A DNA stretch of 64,000 nt from a virus: the IMG/VR virus record IMGVR_UViG_3300034198_015644, positions 32,001 to 96,000 of that record; one strand, given 5' to 3'. A program made the position numbers and the translations under genes. Under the pieces are notes generated by a model. It saw only the letters and a list, made by a program, of their open reading frames with translations, did not search any database and had not been told where the DNA came from. Positions 1 to 10,716 of this stretch are shown one piece after another (within the stretch, counting starts at the first letter, position 1; every line of letters begins with the position of its first letter).

Positions 1-1706
1 CTATGTTAATCGAATTAAACGCGGGTGTTGCGGACGTATTGGCATTTCAAACCGATAGAATGTTTCAGGAAACACAACTTGATTATGCCCAAGAAAGAAG
101 ATCATTATTGGCGATAGCAAGAACATATGGATTGAAAATACCCAACAAAAGACCGTCAATAACTATTTTAGATTGGAGTTGTACTGTACCCGTATTAGGT
201 GATACTTTTGATGTTGCGTATGCACCATTAATTAGAAAAGGGGCACAAGCAATTGGTGCAGGTAGAACATTTGAGGCAATTGAAGATGTTGATTTTTCTT
301 CACCATATTCATCGGGGGGTATACCTAACAGATTGGTAATACCTAACTTAGATGCCAACGGCAACATATTAAATTATACACTAGTAAAGAGAGAAATTGC
401 TTTAAACGGGATCACAAAGATTTATAGATATGATGTCAACGTACAAGATTCTAGACCATTTTTTGAATTATATTTACCCGATATTGATGTTTTAAATGTT
501 GAACAAGTTATAACATTACAGGGTACTAATTATAATACTATACCTTCTTTAAATGAATTTTTAAATTTTAACAATAGATGGTGGGAAGTTCAAGCATTGG
601 CAGAAAATAAAATTTTTATTGAAGACACGACTAAAGTTTCTGATCGTGCAGGAGTTAGACCTGGTAGGTGGGTCAACATAAGTAGAAAATTTATTACAGA
701 ATTTACAGATAAAAATTATTGTAAATTAATTTTTGGTTCAGGATCTATAGATACATCAACTTTATTATCATTTTGTGCACCTAGTATAACACAACAAGTA
801 CAACAAGTTGGTAATTTTATTAATACAAGTGCACTTGGTGAAGTATTAAAACCAAATACAACTCTTTTTGTTAAATATAGAGTTGGAGGTGGGGCTAGTA
901 CAAATTTAGGTGCCAATATTATTAATACATTAGGTTTTATAGATGTTACTGTAACGGGACCTAACGCAAATACTAATACTAATGTAAAATCTTCAATAAA
1001 AGTTAATAATCCTATACCAGCACTTGGTGGTGCAGATACATTAGACATTGAACAAATTAGGGTATTAATACGATATAATTTTAGCGCACAAAATAGATGT
1101 GTGACTATAAAAGATTATAAATCTAGAATATTATTAATGCCGGGTGAATACGGAGTACCATATAGAACAAATGTAACTGAAGAACAAAATAAGATTGTTG
1201 TTTCATTATTGACACTTGGAACTGACGGTAAATTATCCAATCAATCTACCAATACCCTAAAAGAAAATATCGCAGAGTATTTAGCGGACTATAGAATGAT
1301 TAATGATTTTGTGGTCTTAAAAGATGGTAAAATTTATAATTTAAAATTTGAAATTGATTTATACATTGATAGTGCTTATTCTAAATCTGAAATAGTAACA
1401 AATACTGTTAATGCGGTTTATAACTATATGAATATAATAAACCACGATATGGGTGAAAATATTTATTTAGGTCAATTGATTGAAAATATAAATAATATTG
1501 GAGGAGTATTAAATGTAATTGATATTAGAGTTTTCAATAAAGTAGGAGGAACTGCATATTCCTCAAACGAGGTGTCACAACCATTAATAGATACTACAAC
1601 AAGACAAATAAATTTATTAGGTGAATTTACTTTATTTGCAGACCCTGATTCAATGTTTGAAGTCAAATATCCCGAAAAGGATATTGTAATTAGAATAAAA
1701 TCTTAA
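1..1706 (+). CDS. Baseplate wedge subunit, T4 gp6-like (probably 5'-truncated by the window edge)
   Basis: ORF 3..1706. N-terminal 'ELNAGVADVLAFQTDRMFQETQLDYAQERRSLLAIARTYG', later 'FGSG', 'YRVGGG..TN', 'GGAD', 'AQNRCVTIKDY': motif series typical of gp6/baseplate J-like wedge proteins. Confidence 0.8.
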   Translation, partial: MLIELNAGVADVLAFQTDRMFQETQLDYAQERRSLLAIARTYGLKIPNKRPSITILDWSCTVPVLGDTFDVAYAPLIRKGAQAIGAGRTFEAIEDVDFSSPYSSGGIPNRLVIPNLDANGNILNYTLVKREIALNGITKIYRYDVNVQDSRPFFELYLPDIDVLNVEQVITLQGTNYNTIPSLNEFLNFNNRWWEVQALAENKIFIEDTTKVSDRAGVRPGRWVNISRKFITEFTDKNYCKLIFGSGSIDTSTLLSFCAPSITQQVQQVGNFINTSALGEVLKPNTTLFVKYRVGGGASTNLGANIINTLGFIDVTVTGPNANTNTNVKSSIKVNNPIPALGGADTLDIEQIRVLIRYNFSAQNRCVTIKDYKSRILLMPGEYGVPYRTNVTEEQNKIVVSLLTLGTDGKLSNQSTNTLKENIAEYLADYRMINDFVVLKDGKIYNLKFEIDLYIDSAYSKSEIVTNTVNAVYNYMNIINHDMGENIYLGQLIENINNIGGVLNVIDIRVFNKVGGTAYSSNEVSQPLIDTTTRQINLLGEFTLFADPDSMFEVKYPEKDIVIRIKS

Positions 1707-1749
1707 TTTTGTAATTTACAAAATTAAAATATTAAATATTTTTGATAAT

Positions 1750-2064
1750 ATGGGATGCGGATGTAAAAACAATAGCGAATTTGTCGTAAGTGACGGTAAT
1801 ACAAATAGTAGTACATACACTATAGTAGGAAAAAAAGATTTTACTGAAAAATTTGGAGATTTTTTACTTAGAAAAAATAAATTTTCTATTTTTGGTATTT
1901 TTTTATTTTTTATTATAACACCAGTAACACTGGCTTTTATGATACCAATAGTTATTATTTTTTTATTCAATAAACTAATTTTTGGTAAAGATACTAACCC
2001 TGTAAATTTAATAGCTTTTTCTAAAGATAAAAGTTATAAAAATTTTAAAAAAATAAAAAAATAA
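1750..2064 (+). CDS. Small membrane protein, N-terminal MGCGCK
   Basis: 104 aa, co-oriented with neighbours, long hydrophobic stretch (FSIFGIFLFFIITPVTLAFMIPIVIIFLF) and basic C-terminus. Confidence 0.6.
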   Translation: MGCGCKNNSEFVVSDGNTNSSTYTIVGKKDFTEKFGDFLLRKNKFSIFGIFLFFIITPVTLAFMIPIVIIFLFNKLIFGKDTNPVNLIAFSKDKSYKNFKKIKK

Positions 2065-2071
2065 TATTTAT
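2065..2071 (+). promoter_or_regulatory. Putative phage late promoter motif TATTTAT
   Basis: TATTTAT in the short intergenic gap before the 2085 start; the same motif precedes many other genes (see findings). Confidence 0.4.
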
Positions 2072-2084
2072 TTAAAAATGTTAA

Positions 2085-5000
2085 ATGTCGGTTAGTGATA
2101 GTAATAATAATATACGTATTCGTACAACTCCTTTAGGTTCAGATAGATATGTAAAAATTAATCTGAATCAAAACTTTGATTTTTTAGAAATTTTAAGTTT
2201 AAAAATAGGGCAACAAGATGTATATAGAAAATATTGTTCCGATTACGGGGTAATAGTTGGTAGGGTAATTTGTAATAATGGAGTAGGAGTACCTAATGCG
2301 AAAATTTCAATATTCATACCAATATCTGACGAAGACCAAGAAAATCCAAAAATAAGGGCAATATATCCATTTACCAATGTAAATGATTTAAATTCTTTAG
2401 GAGTTCGTTATAACCTTTTACCTGAAACACCATTAGTTGACGATATTTGTTATACTGAAATAGGTAGTTTTCCTGAAAAAAGAAGGATATTGGATTGTGA
2501 ACCTTGGTGCGAAATTTATGGTAAATACTACAAGTATACTACCACAACTAATAATTCAGGAGATTATATTATATTTGGTGTGCCAACGGGATTACAAACC
2601 GTACACATGGATGTTGATTTAAGTGACATAGGTTATTTAAGTCAAAAACCATACGATATGATACATCAAGGATCATCTCCCGATTTGTTTGAATCATATA
2701 ATAAATTTAAACAATCAACAATATTAAGTCAATTACCCCAAATAAAGACGCAAAATAAAACTATAAATGTTGCACCTTTTTGGGGAAATTTAGATCAATG
2801 TGAAGTAGGGATAAATAGAGTTGATTTTGATTTACAATATAAAATAGACACAACTGCATTTTTTATTGGGTCAATTTTTGGAGACTCCGAAAAAAATTCA
2901 GTAAATAAAAGTTGTAGACCTAGAAAAAATTTAGGAAGATTAGATCAATTAGTTACTGGACCCGGAACTATAAAAATGATAAGAAGAACTCCTTTTGGGG
3001 GTACTGAGTCTTTTTCATTAAAGGGGGATCAGTTAATTGACAATGACGGTACTTGGGTAGTTCAACTACCGATGAATTTAGATTATAAAATTACAGATGA
3101 GTTTGGCAATTTAATTGATAGTGGTAGTCCTGAACAGGGTATTGCAACAAGTGCAAAATATCGTTTCATGATAACGATGAATGATTATGGTGCAGGACAA
3201 GCAAGATTAAGAGCTAGGGCAAATTATTTAGTTCCTAATTATGGTGATTACAGTTTTGACGATACTACACCTGATTTTATTACAAGTGGTCCTACTGCAT
3301 CAAGACCAAATTTTGCGGAATTAAAATGGAATGGAGTATATACAGTAAGACAATTTATTTCAAGATACTCTAATAGAAATGAAAGTACTTGTAAAGATAA
3401 TAACTTTATTGGAATAAAAGATGTTACCGCAAACGGTAATAATAATTTATTTCCATATAATAGGGCAGATGCAAATACTAATCCACTATATATTATACTA
3501 TGTCTTATATTAGTTTTAATTAGTTATATAGTCGCAGTAGTTAATATTATTATCAGTGCATTTAACTCATTCTTATTGGCACTCGCAAACATTTGTTTAC
3601 GTATTAGGTCAATAGGATTACAATGGTGTCCATTTGGATTTTTAAAAAAATTTACAATCGGTTGTTTGGTTATAGATCTTTGCGATAGGAAATATGCACC
3701 TAGTTGCAAAACACCAAAACCGGGACAACAAATAGATGATAATACGGAAAGCGGATTCAGAGAGTGTATTCAAGCAAGTTTAGCAGAGGCTTTAGGTATA
3801 TTTTCATTTTATTTTACAAATGATTGGATAAACGGTGCGTTATTTGCATTTTTATTTAAAATAAAATTTAAGAAAAAAAGATCACCTAAATTTTGTAAGG
3901 CCAATGAACCAAACGGAAGTAATCAATTTATAAAAGATCAAGTTTGTGTTAATGACGGAAGATTGGTAGATTGTGCGGATGTAGTTTACAGTACAAGACA
4001 AGGAGTAATAAAATATGTAGATAGTATTTTATATTATGCGGCAACAATTGAAAACACAATATTATTCCCAACTGACATATATGATTTGGGGTCTATGAAA
4101 AATTGTGATTATTATGGAAGACCAAAAACTGCAGTATTTCTTCCACCAACAACGTTTAATTTACCTGATTTAGAAGAAGACCCAAATGATGCATATCAAG
4201 ACGGAGAAAAAGGTATAGATGATTTGTTATTAGAATTTGATTGTTTAGGTGTCAAAGAAAACGCAACACAATGTGTTAACTTAGCAAGAATATGTGAGTT
4301 ATATGTCGATCCTGATTATATCGATCCTGAACCAATAGATATAAATTCAATTGACGATGAAGATGATAGAGAAGTTAGAATTAATTTAGAATGTTTAAAT
4401 TCTGGACAATGCAATCTATCAATAGCAAATAATGATGGTGGGTTTGGTTCTGATTGGAATAAATATAGGACAACATATGTAGTTGGTACTAACACACCAT
4501 ATAGTAAAAGATATGTTTATAGTACTAGATCTTTTTCTGAATCTACAAGAAATAGTTTACAACAACAACAATTAGTTAATAATTCATTTTATTTTTATTT
4601 TGGTTTAAAAGCGGGATCAACTGCGATTGATAAATTAAAATCTAAATATTTTGCACCTTGCGAAAGAAAAGAACCTTGCCCTATATCGATATCTGCAATT
4701 ATTAAAAATAATGAGTGCCCTAATGGTGCAACGGGAGAATTAACGGCAATTGCGGAAAATGGAACACCACCATACAAATATCAATGGTTCGCCGGTAATT
4801 ATCAAGGAAACTCTTTAGATGTACCTTTATGTTCAGTACCTAGCACTACCTGTGATCATATTACAGGACTTAGTGCAGGTACATACACAGTTGTTGTTTA
4901 TGACAATGTAGGACAAATTTGTAAAAAAACATTTAGTGTAGCTGACCCAACACCATTTTTTGTGTCAGTAGATTATAGTCAATATATTTGTCCAAATTCA

Positions 5001-6722
5001 AATAACGGTTATATTTCAGTTATTCCTTCAGGTGGAGTTCCACCTTATAATATAACTTGGTATTCTCCACCAAATGGGGCTGATGTTACAATTAATAATA
5101 CGGGCAATACCGGTAGTTTTTATGTGACAAATTTAAACCCAACATCTTTTTGTAATAATAGTGGAATAACTATTAATACAAATTCAACCACTAATTATGT
5201 CAATAATGGAGATTTTTCAAATGGGTTTTCTTATTGGACATATACAGGAATGATTTCACATGATAACACTAATAATTGTGCATTATTTGCAGGAAGGGCG
5301 GTAATTAGTCAAAATATTTCAGGAGTTATACCTTGTCCATCTTCATTTCCTTGTTATTTATTAACATTTACTCTTTCAAACTTTAATCCGGCACAAGGAT
5401 TTGTAAATCTTTTAGTTGACGGAAATTTAATTGCCACATATACTAATGGTGGAACATATACAGTTGATCTTAATAGTGTATCAATAATTTCTTTTGAAGG
5501 AGGAGGTACGACTACTAATCAGTACGTTTACACATGCTTAAGTAATGTTTCAGTACTAAGAAAAAATCAATTAGTAACAAATGCCGCACAATTTTATAAT
5601 GCATTAATTACTGATTCATCTCCGGCTAGCTGTCCAAATAGCGTTAATATAATTGTAGATATAAGTGTGGCTTGTCAATTAAGTATAAGTGCAAATACAA
5701 TTGACGATTATTGTACAAATATTGTTGGTAATAAATTAGGTAGCGGATCAATTACTTGGGGACCTTTATCTCCATTAGGCGTACCACCATTTACATACAT
5801 TTTAGATAGTACAGATGTTAATTTCCATTATACGGGAGTTACAAGTGATAGAGAAAAAACAATTGAAGGGTTATTGGGGGGAACTTGTCCAGGATTTACA
5901 TATACTGCAACTTGTATTGATAGTTGTGGATTTTCTGCGACATTAGTTACTGAACTTTATAAATGTGATGGATTAAAAAGTGGAAATACATTTTTCAATA
6001 GTTGGGTCAGAACAATTACTAACGCAATTTCAGGTACAGTGATAAGTACTGTGTCATCAACCACTAGACCTCATAAATTTGAATTTCCTAGCAATGGATT
6101 CTTTGGTTCACCAGGTTATAATTGGTATTACGTAGATTTTGTAGGTTGTTCAGGAACATATGAATTAACTGATTGTGCAAATATTGGTCAAGATGGATAT
6201 TGGGGTTGGATTGGAACTAGCACAAGTAACTCATTTGCAACTAGGGCAATTAACAATTGTTTTGCAGTAAACGGTAATGATAGTAATGGAAGTATTTATG
6301 ATAATAGTTATGTATTTGGTTCAAATTATAATACCAATGGAAGTGGTAATGTACAGGCACATATTGATCTTAGTCACTTCCATATTTTAGGTTCAGTAAC
6401 ACCAGGAAATCCTGCTCGATTAAGTTTTTGGGATAGAGGAATGGGATTAGATATTACAAGAACTAGTATTGTTGGTACAGATTACGATGAAATAATTATT
6501 AATTATTATAGTTATACCCCTAATGGCGGACCTTGTGGTGATTTAATTAAATTAAATGATGTGATAACAGGTACTATATGTAGAAATGCTGATTATATTT
6601 TCCACACTGTATTTTTTAATAATGATCTTGAATCTTGTCAAATATCAATATCATCACCTGATTGTTCAGATAAAGCAATAACTGTAGTCCATACTTATAG
6701 TACTACCGCAAGCTCACCTTAA
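2085..6722 (+). CDS. Large baseplate/tail structural protein with an internal hydrophobic segment and C-terminal SprB-like and CBM-like domains
   Basis: 1545 aa. N-terminal prealbumin/carboxypeptidase-regulatory-like fold (GVIVGRV..GVPNAKISIF..TTTNNSGDY), TM-like segment near aa 465-510, SprB-like units (GTPPYKYQW..GLSAGTYTVVVYD), CBM4/9-like 'NYVNNGDFSNGFSYW'. Confidence 0.6.
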   Translation: MSVSDSNNNIRIRTTPLGSDRYVKINLNQNFDFLEILSLKIGQQDVYRKYCSDYGVIVGRVICNNGVGVPNAKISIFIPISDEDQENPKIRAIYPFTNVNDLNSLGVRYNLLPETPLVDDICYTEIGSFPEKRRILDCEPWCEIYGKYYKYTTTTNNSGDYIIFGVPTGLQTVHMDVDLSDIGYLSQKPYDMIHQGSSPDLFESYNKFKQSTILSQLPQIKTQNKTINVAPFWGNLDQCEVGINRVDFDLQYKIDTTAFFIGSIFGDSEKNSVNKSCRPRKNLGRLDQLVTGPGTIKMIRRTPFGGTESFSLKGDQLIDNDGTWVVQLPMNLDYKITDEFGNLIDSGSPEQGIATSAKYRFMITMNDYGAGQARLRARANYLVPNYGDYSFDDTTPDFITSGPTASRPNFAELKWNGVYTVRQFISRYSNRNESTCKDNNFIGIKDVTANGNNNLFPYNRADANTNPLYIILCLILVLISYIVAVVNIIISAFNSFLLALANICLRIRSIGLQWCPFGFLKKFTIGCLVIDLCDRKYAPSCKTPKPGQQIDDNTESGFRECIQASLAEALGIFSFYFTNDWINGALFAFLFKIKFKKKRSPKFCKANEPNGSNQFIKDQVCVNDGRLVDCADVVYSTRQGVIKYVDSILYYAATIENTILFPTDIYDLGSMKNCDYYGRPKTAVFLPPTTFNLPDLEEDPNDAYQDGEKGIDDLLLEFDCLGVKENATQCVNLARICELYVDPDYIDPEPIDINSIDDEDDREVRINLECLNSGQCNLSIANNDGGFGSDWNKYRTTYVVGTNTPYSKRYVYSTRSFSESTRNSLQQQQLVNNSFYFYFGLKAGSTAIDKLKSKYFAPCERKEPCPISISAIIKNNECPNGATGELTAIAENGTPPYKYQWFAGNYQGNSLDVPLCSVPSTTCDHITGLSAGTYTVVVYDNVGQICKKTFSVADPTPFFVSVDYSQYICPNSNNGYISVIPSGGVPPYNITWYSPPNGADVTINNTGNTGSFYVTNLNPTSFCNNSGITINTNSTTNYVNNGDFSNGFSYWTYTGMISHDNTNNCALFAGRAVISQNISGVIPCPSSFPCYLLTFTLSNFNPAQGFVNLLVDGNLIATYTNGGTYTVDLNSVSIISFEGGGTTTNQYVYTCLSNVSVLRKNQLVTNAAQFYNALITDSSPASCPNSVNIIVDISVACQLSISANTIDDYCTNIVGNKLGSGSITWGPLSPLGVPPFTYILDSTDVNFHYTGVTSDREKTIEGLLGGTCPGFTYTATCIDSCGFSATLVTELYKCDGLKSGNTFFNSWVRTITNAISGTVISTVSSTTRPHKFEFPSNGFFGSPGYNWYYVDFVGCSGTYELTDCANIGQDGYWGWIGTSTSNSFATRAINNCFAVNGNDSNGSIYDNSYVFGSNYNTNGSGNVQAHIDLSHFHILGSVTPGNPARLSFWDRGMGLDITRTSIVGTDYDEIIINYYSYTPNGGPCGDLIKLNDVITGTICRNADYIFHTVFFNNDLESCQISISSPDCSDKAITVVHTYSTTASSP

Positions 6723-6731
6723 TAAATAAAA

Positions 6732-8963
6732 ATGGAATTTTATAAAAAAATATTAAGTAATAAATTGTATCAAGGAAGTCAGTTATCTAACTTCCAACTT
6801 AATACTTTTATAGACCAAGATAACCGACCACTTCCATTAGGTGAACAAGATGTTGCTATTAGCGAGTACCAACAATTTATTAATGAAAGAAATAATTCTA
6901 CATGTTATAGATTAAGTGGAATACTTAGGGGATTATTTACAAATATTTTGTTTAACGTAACGGGTGATAGGAGTTATGAAAATATATTGGCACTTACTGG
7001 AGATACAGGAGAATTTAATCCAAACGTACAAATATTTCAGAATTTTGGTTACAAAGATATTTTATTAGAAAGAGATGGATGGTTTTTTTATCGAGAAAAA
7101 ACTGCCGGTACATTAAAAGGATGTGTCAATAATTGTTTAAGACCATTACCAAACGACTTTTATTTTTTACCGTTGGCATATAGCGGTAAAACAATGTTAG
7201 ATCCTAATGGAGATCCGGTACAAAATTGGTATTTTAAACTTACATATCCTGCATATAGTGGAACTTGTTCAAATATATATTTTCAATCTCCATATGTCGC
7301 AGGATCATTGGGACAAGTAAATTTATGTGATGGTATTGTAATTAATAATATATTTACGGGAATAATAAATGGTAGAAATGCCACATATGTTCAAACACCT
7401 ATAAATCACGGTCTTTTAGATGGCGATCAAGTCATCATACGACCATTTGATATTTTTACTACCGAAAAAATTTTCAATGTATTGGCAGTTTCGGGTGAAA
7501 CTGGTTTTTGGATTGACTACTATGATAATTTTGTACCAATAACATTCATTAATGCTTCCACAATTAATTTTGATCCGTTAAGATTTAAAAGAATATTTCA
7601 AGGAATAGAATCTCAATACATGCCAAGAGTTTTTAAAAGTATTAGTAATTTAAATGATTATCAAATATACCAACCAACAAGTTTTGGGGTTAATATGTTT
7701 CATGACCCATTAGAATTATATCATTTTAATACGGATATTGATACTTCTCCATATAAAGATTATTTAAATCGACCATTGACAGAACTTTATTTAACAAAAA
7801 TAAAATATACAAATCCTGGTAAAATAATTGCGGATATGGAGGATTGGACAATATTGACTGTAGGTTTATTGACAAATCAACCAAATCAAAATTACGATGT
7901 TAGGGCAATTTATGGTGGGTCACCAAATAGATTATCTCCACCGCCACCAAAAATAATAAATTTTGTGACTGAAAATGACACAGAATTTTTTGGTGATATT
8001 GTGGATTACAATATTGGAGACATAACAGAACGAATTATTGCAGTGCCATATTATAGATTTAATAGTGTTAATAGGGAAGATAATGCATATGGGGAAGGTT
8101 ATTTTTATAAGGCACATGATAAAATTCAATTATTAGAATTTTCATCTCAGGTCGAACAAGAAAATTTAATATTACCTGATGCGAATGTTCCTGATTATGT
8201 GGTTACAGTAAATGGTGTACAACAATGGAGAGATTTATTAACACCAGGATTTAAAGACGCAGCAGGAAGAGGAGTTGATTATCCATTTTTAAATGGTTGT
8301 ACTTATATATTTACCGAACACGATATGTGTCTATATAGACAAAACCCAAAACAATTGGAAGTTTATAGTGGGACAGTTGCGACTTATGCAAATAATGTAG
8401 TTAATCCTGTAAATTTAAATTTTAATAATACTATAAACACTAGTTATAATGTTAGTGCACCTTCAGGACAAAATACATCGGGTAGTTTAATAATTGCAAA
8501 TAGTAATTATGTTGCACAATTTTACGGGATTTACGTATTTAATTATAACCTTACTATAGGAATGAACCCAAGTACACTTCCTATAGGTAATGAGGTTTCT
8601 ACAACTTTAATCATAGAGATTAAAAATAATTTAGGTGTCACTAAAGAGACTTTTACAATTGGAAATATATCGTCACAAAATTTAAGTACTTTGGGTAGTA
8701 TGAATTTTACAGGATCGTTGAATATTATTTTAGATGTTAATGATTATGTGAACATAGTAACGCTTTATGATGGTAAATCTTATTTTGGTGCAAATAATTT
8801 AAATGTTACATTTAGTGTTATAGGATCTTTTGGGTCATCATTTCAAATAACAACAAATAATATCCCAAATGGAACGGTAAGTCAATTACATTATTGGATT
8901 GCTGGTGTCAATTGTGATAGAATTTATGGAGAATATATAGAACCTGTAGATGGAGATTGTTAA
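6732..8963 (+). CDS. Putative virion structural protein with a C1q/TNF-like domain near the C-terminus
   Basis: 743 aa in the tail operon; 'WRDLLTPGF..GVDYPFLNG' followed by a beta-rich insert 'YVAQFYGIYVFNY...LDVNDYVNI'. Confidence 0.5.
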   Translation: MEFYKKILSNKLYQGSQLSNFQLNTFIDQDNRPLPLGEQDVAISEYQQFINERNNSTCYRLSGILRGLFTNILFNVTGDRSYENILALTGDTGEFNPNVQIFQNFGYKDILLERDGWFFYREKTAGTLKGCVNNCLRPLPNDFYFLPLAYSGKTMLDPNGDPVQNWYFKLTYPAYSGTCSNIYFQSPYVAGSLGQVNLCDGIVINNIFTGIINGRNATYVQTPINHGLLDGDQVIIRPFDIFTTEKIFNVLAVSGETGFWIDYYDNFVPITFINASTINFDPLRFKRIFQGIESQYMPRVFKSISNLNDYQIYQPTSFGVNMFHDPLELYHFNTDIDTSPYKDYLNRPLTELYLTKIKYTNPGKIIADMEDWTILTVGLLTNQPNQNYDVRAIYGGSPNRLSPPPPKIINFVTENDTEFFGDIVDYNIGDITERIIAVPYYRFNSVNREDNAYGEGYFYKAHDKIQLLEFSSQVEQENLILPDANVPDYVVTVNGVQQWRDLLTPGFKDAAGRGVDYPFLNGCTYIFTEHDMCLYRQNPKQLEVYSGTVATYANNVVNPVNLNFNNTINTSYNVSAPSGQNTSGSLIIANSNYVAQFYGIYVFNYNLTIGMNPSTLPIGNEVSTTLIIEIKNNLGVTKETFTIGNISSQNLSTLGSMNFTGSLNIILDVNDYVNIVTLYDGKSYFGANNLNVTFSVIGSFGSSFQITTNNIPNGTVSQLHYWIAGVNCDRIYGEYIEPVDGDC

Positions 8964-9798
8964 TAAAATACAAATTAGGTTAGACTCAATAAAAACAAGT
9001 GCATCGACCATATCGATTCCATTTGGTTTAGACTTTTTTCCTGTAGACAATTCTGAATTACAAGAAGTTGAATTTGTTGATAAGGAAATTGAAAGGGCTA
9101 TAAATCCAATATTTGACGATGAAAAATATCCATTTTATCCTACATACGTAGATAACGCACAAACTTTAATGGCGTATAATGTAAATTTTGTGATATTAAA
9201 TCAAAATTTATCATTCTTAGGATTAACTGACGATGACATTATATATAGAAGAAATTCTTTTAGAAGAACTTATCTTAGACTTAATTTTTATGATAGTAGA
9301 GATACTAAAATTCAAAATTTAGTGGCAAGAGAAACTATACATTTAGAATTAGACCCAAATTGGTTTGACAGTGACCAAAAAATAAAAGATCAAACAACCT
9401 TACCATTAATTTTTAAAACAAATTTTAAAGAATTAATTTATAATTCTTCAAATGGAGAGGGGTATAATTTTTATTGGTACAAACAAAATTTACCAAAAAC
9501 ACTTTATGTAAAGGCATCTATTATGAATGCTAAAACAGGTAGAGTTGAAAATTTATATTCATCTACAGTCAACCCCACAACATTATTTCCTGGTCAAGTA
9601 CTTTCACTTCCTGTTGCTATAGTGTCGGGAGGATTTAATTATATAAGATGTGATTTTTATGAAGAATTAACTAAAAAACAACAATTTTATTATACATTGA
9701 ACAGTGATTCACTTTGTGATGTTAGCAATACAGGAACACCAACTTCAATTGCAAATTCAATAACGAATACAATAATAATAAATTTACAGACATACTAA
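8950..9798 (+). CDS. Putative virion structural protein
   Basis: 282 aa, overlaps the upstream stop, same operon. Confidence 0.5.
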   Translation: MEIVNKIQIRLDSIKTSASTISIPFGLDFFPVDNSELQEVEFVDKEIERAINPIFDDEKYPFYPTYVDNAQTLMAYNVNFVILNQNLSFLGLTDDDIIYRRNSFRRTYLRLNFYDSRDTKIQNLVARETIHLELDPNWFDSDQKIKDQTTLPLIFKTNFKELIYNSSNGEGYNFYWYKQNLPKTLYVKASIMNAKTGRVENLYSSTVNPTTLFPGQVLSLPVAIVSGGFNYIRCDFYEELTKKQQFYYTLNSDSLCDVSNTGTPTSIANSITNTIIINLQTY

Positions 9799-10703
9799 TG
9801 GAGTTAATTAAGAAAACAATTAATTTAGGTGAGTTGAGAAGTCATATGACTCCATTGGTTTATGAACTTTTAACTAAAGATTTAAAACAAAAAGGTTGTT
9901 GTACGGGACTTAACAATAAACAAATTATTTTACAAAATGCCGAAACATTTGACAATAATTGGGGAAAATTAGATTTTCCATTTATTTACATAAATGTTTT
10001 TTTAACTCAGAATATAGATGATATGGGTATATTTACAGATCAACCGTATGTTGATGAACCTGTAGATTACACATTAATTTATAATAATTTTACCGCTTTT
10101 ACTAATCCATTACCTGTAAGTATAATATTTTCCGCATCGTCATTAGATCCTTATTTACCTTATTTTGCAAGATTAAATGGTCAAACAGAATCTGATTTTT
10201 ACGCGGCAGATGGAATAATAAGTGGTTTGACAGATGATAAATTTTATTCTGTGACTAGTTACAGTTCAAGTACACCATTTGTACCATATTTGAACTTGAG
10301 TATTGACCCAAATTATTTTGTAGGTGTAACTAATATTTTTTCTACGTATACTGCATATACAATTGATGCTCAAGTTGGTAGTATTTGGACTACAGGTTTA
10401 CATTATTATACCTATAATTTTGATAGGTTAATTTATAATTCAAATATTGGTTCATATTTCACGATACCATATACAAAAGTACTTTATCAAAGTGAGGGTT
10501 GGAATGCTTCAAATACGTCATTATCGGCAATAACAAAAGAAGAGATTTATTTTGGAATTGTTTTCCCACCAAAAATTGAAAATAATGTATTTATTGATAG
10601 AGGCGGAGTATCTGTTTTTGAAAACCACTCAAGATTGAGATCAATTTCGAGTATTCAACAACTTGAGATATATGGAAATGGGTACTATAACTTAATTAAT
10701 TAA
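9798..10703 (+). CDS. Putative virion structural protein
   Basis: 301 aa, TAATG stop/start coupling; C-terminal 'PKIENNVFIDRG..SVFE..YGNGYYN'. Confidence 0.5.
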   Translation: MELIKKTINLGELRSHMTPLVYELLTKDLKQKGCCTGLNNKQIILQNAETFDNNWGKLDFPFIYINVFLTQNIDDMGIFTDQPYVDEPVDYTLIYNNFTAFTNPLPVSIIFSASSLDPYLPYFARLNGQTESDFYAADGIISGLTDDKFYSVTSYSSSTPFVPYLNLSIDPNYFVGVTNIFSTYTAYTIDAQVGSIWTTGLHYYTYNFDRLIYNSNIGSYFTIPYTKVLYQSEGWNASNTSLSAITKEEIYFGIVFPPKIENNVFIDRGGVSVFENHSRLRSISSIQQLEIYGNGYYNLIN

Positions 10704-10716
10704 AAAAAAAGATAAA

